Assembly (NCBI GenBank): GCA_002104905.1
Contig: MCFE01000066.1
Location: 126,382-190,381 of the forward strand
Reading direction: 5' to 3'
Length of the DNA stretch: 64,000 nucleotides
Origin: Basidiobolus meristosporus CBS 931.73
Taxonomy: Eukaryota; Fungi; Basidiobolomycota
Shown: positions 61,714 through 64,000 of the stretch, piece after piece
How positions within the stretch are numbered: the first letter of the stretch is position 1
Layout of the letters: each line of letters starts with the position of its first letter
Translations under genes and position numbers: made by a program
Notes under the pieces: generated by a model
What the model was told of the DNA's origin: nothing
The model's input: the letters and a program-made list of their open reading frames with translations, nothing else
The model's database searches: none

Positions 61714-64000
61714 GGTAGGGGGGGAGACAGTCACCAACAGGTGAAATCTTTATTTCAGTTGAAACAAAGAAGCCAGCGCTACTGTTGTAGCTTTGATACA
61801 AGAGTGTGTAGCTGAGGGGAATTTGTAGGTAAGTTAATAAGAAGTGATGATAGTTCTTCAGTGCTAAACACACTGTTCAGTGGGAAGGGGGGTAGCAAGA
61901 GAGGTAAGAATGACTTGTGAACAACATTAATGAGGGGAATGTGATAAGGATTGATATTCATCATAAAGGGAGTGTGCTGCTGCAGATATTGCTGCCAAAG
62001 GTCTGTCAAGTACTTCAGGTAGGCCAGCTTGGGTTTTTCTGACTGCAGAATAAATTCAGCAAACTTCCTGACTTCAGGATCTCCAAGTATAGTTCTCCAG
62101 CAGGAGTCAGGTGTAGCGTGGTGTGTTCTCTTCCAGGCCTTAATCAGTGGGTTGTTGCAGTTGTGAAGTCTGAGGTATAATCTGGTTCTAAGGTAGAGAA
62201 GTCTGATCTTATAGGGCATAAACCCAAAAGCACCAAGAATAGCATGTCTGTAGGGGCATTCAGGCAAATGAGGCACCAAGGAGGTAATGCACCATACTGC
62301 AAACTTGTCAAGCTTAGTGCAGTCTCTAGAAGTAAGAGAGAGAAGTGGTAAGCCAAATTCCAGGACAGGGAAGACAAACTGCTTGAGTAGAAGGAGGCAG
62401 CTTGGAGCTGAAGTTGTAGGAGGAGTAACAGCCAGTAGCTTGTGGAGTGCCTGTCTTGCCAGGATAATTCTCTTCTTCAGGTGTGCTCCAGAGTCTAGTC
62501 CAGTAGGAAGGAAAGGAAAGCCAAGATATGTAGCAGAAACCTGAGCAGGTAGAGTGGAGTTCTCCAAGTTGATGGGAGAGCCCAAAGGTACTGTCTTTGC
62601 AATGGAAAGCTGGAGATTATTCTTCTGCAGATACTGGTGGATGGTCTGGGAGTCTTGTTGCACATTGGAGGAGGATATTCTGATGTCATCAGCAAAGAGA
62701 GTAACCAGGCAGTCAGCTGAGAGTCTTGGGAAATCATTCAGGAAGATGGCAAACAGTATAGGACCAAGCACAGAGCCTTGAACCACTCCATTAGGAACTG
62801 AGAACACAGCTGATTGCTCACTTGGGTGCAGAATTCTTGCTTGTGGATCCAGAAACAGAGACCTGACAAGGAGGGTGAGAGAGGTACTGGAGAAGCATTG
62901 CAACTTGGACCAAAGCAGATTTCTGTCAACTGAATCAAAGGCCTTAGTAATATCAAACAGAACTGAGGGATACTTGCACTGGAGAGAGTGATCTTGGCTA
63001 AGTATGACTGCATATTCCAAGGAGAGGCCAGGAACAAAGCCAAACTGTGCAGGATGAAACTTGAGGGAGTCAGAGTAGAGCTCCTGAGCAAGCAGAAGCT
63101 CAAACACCTTTCTGCAGGTGGGCAGCAGAGATATTGGCCTGTAGGAGCTAGGATCCAGGTGCTTTCCTTTACCCTTGTACAGTGGCAGAACATTTGCAAA
63201 GGACCATTCCTCAGGAGTAGAAAGCTGGGCTGAGCATTGCTGAAACAGTGGAAGCAGAAGTGCAGACATGGCCTTGGTACTAGTCTTCAGAAGCTCATAG
63301 GAGATTGTGTCCACACCTGGAGCAGTAGAGTTGGGAAGCCTCTTGAGCACATTATGGATTCTCCTTTGATCAAGTGCAAGTGGGATGGGCAGAGTCTTGA
63401 AGTCAGGATGAAAGCCAGGAGTTGAGTACTGCTTTGTAGAGAAGAAGATGTTAGCCAGCTGTTCTGTTGAAGGTAACTTCCTGGAAGAGGGCCTCATTGC
63501 CCTGTAGAGTCTTGATACTGTTCTTGTTATAGAGTTGGAAGATTGCAGAGGCAAAGAACTCATAATATGATCCCAGAGCTGAGTATGCAGAGTGTGGTGA
63601 ATTGCCTTGGAGTGGTGTATTGCTGTCAGGAGGAGTTTCTCTGTTTTTGGGTTAGGGAAACTCAGGTAGCTTTGTTGCAGGGCTGAAACAATGGATTCCC
63701 ATTTTCTTGAGGTAACAGCAGTAGTCTTGCATGGCAGTGAGAGGGAGGCAGACACCAGAATCAGATGCTTCACAAAGAGCCAGGCATAGTTGAGATCATC
63801 TGGCAGAGAAAGTAGCAAACTGGCAAGCTTCAAGTAGTTCCCAAAGTCTTTCTTCTGAGTCTTGGTAGCTTTGTGGGTGAGCACAGTAAGTTTTGGCAGC
63901 TTCTTCTTCACAACTGGTTGCATAGAAAGGGACCAGGCTGGGTGGTCAGAGGCTCTCAAGGATCCTAACTCAGCTCCAGAGAATTGCTTAACTTCATTCA
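61714..64000 (-). mobile_element. LINE copy, subfamily A, with an intact-looking APE(C-term)-RT ORF (61779 to beyond 64000)
   Basis: The open frame extends past the window end. Motifs SDH, APGVDTISY, YKGKG, SYRPISLLP, FDITKAFDSV, GVVQGSVLGP and FADDI. Confidence 0.95.

Noticed and set aside
54685-61760. Repeated hairpin motif as a CRISPR-like array
   Set aside because: Spacing is irregular (0.17-4.4 kb), each repeat is the 3' UTR of a retroelement, the context is eukaryotic, and no cas genes are present.
54851-61900. Repeated tails as hammerhead ribozymes of Penelope/Athena-type elements
   Set aside because: I found no CUGANGA...GAAA core in the right geometry on either strand, and the RT is LINE-type with an N-terminal APE domain rather than PLE-type.

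Overview
Intron-rich fungal genomic DNA, probably from an early-diverging lineage (Zoopagomycota/Mucoromycota-like; this is an inference from the gene set, short introns and an AT-AC intron). A gene island of about 47 kb (roughly 6.9-53.8 kb) holds 15 recognisable genes: KMO, NAA35, HSF1, a DEAH helicase, BCAT, striatin, UTP20, a PRL phosphatase, FMC1, a CCCH+Puf4-like protein, a Byr4-like protein, a CBM18 GPI protein, VPS9, ATG8 and a GCK/STE20 kinase. Two CpG-depleted transposon blocks flank it. The left block is a Harbinger-superfamily DNA transposon inserted into a decayed Ty1/copia element, next to an inverted half-LTR. The right block is the most unusual part: a single-polarity, head-to-tail array of APE-RT non-LTR retrotransposon copies. 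Six 3' ends share a stem-loop plus AATAAA and each abuts a TTAGGG-like sequence, and one member encodes only ORF1. This resembles a HeT-A/TART-like telomere-primed or self-targeting system, but the window cannot show that it lies near a chromosome end. A second clear finding is a 66-nt in-frame U12-type AT-AC intron in VPS9. Gene boundaries were inferred by eye from splice signals and may be off at the termini.
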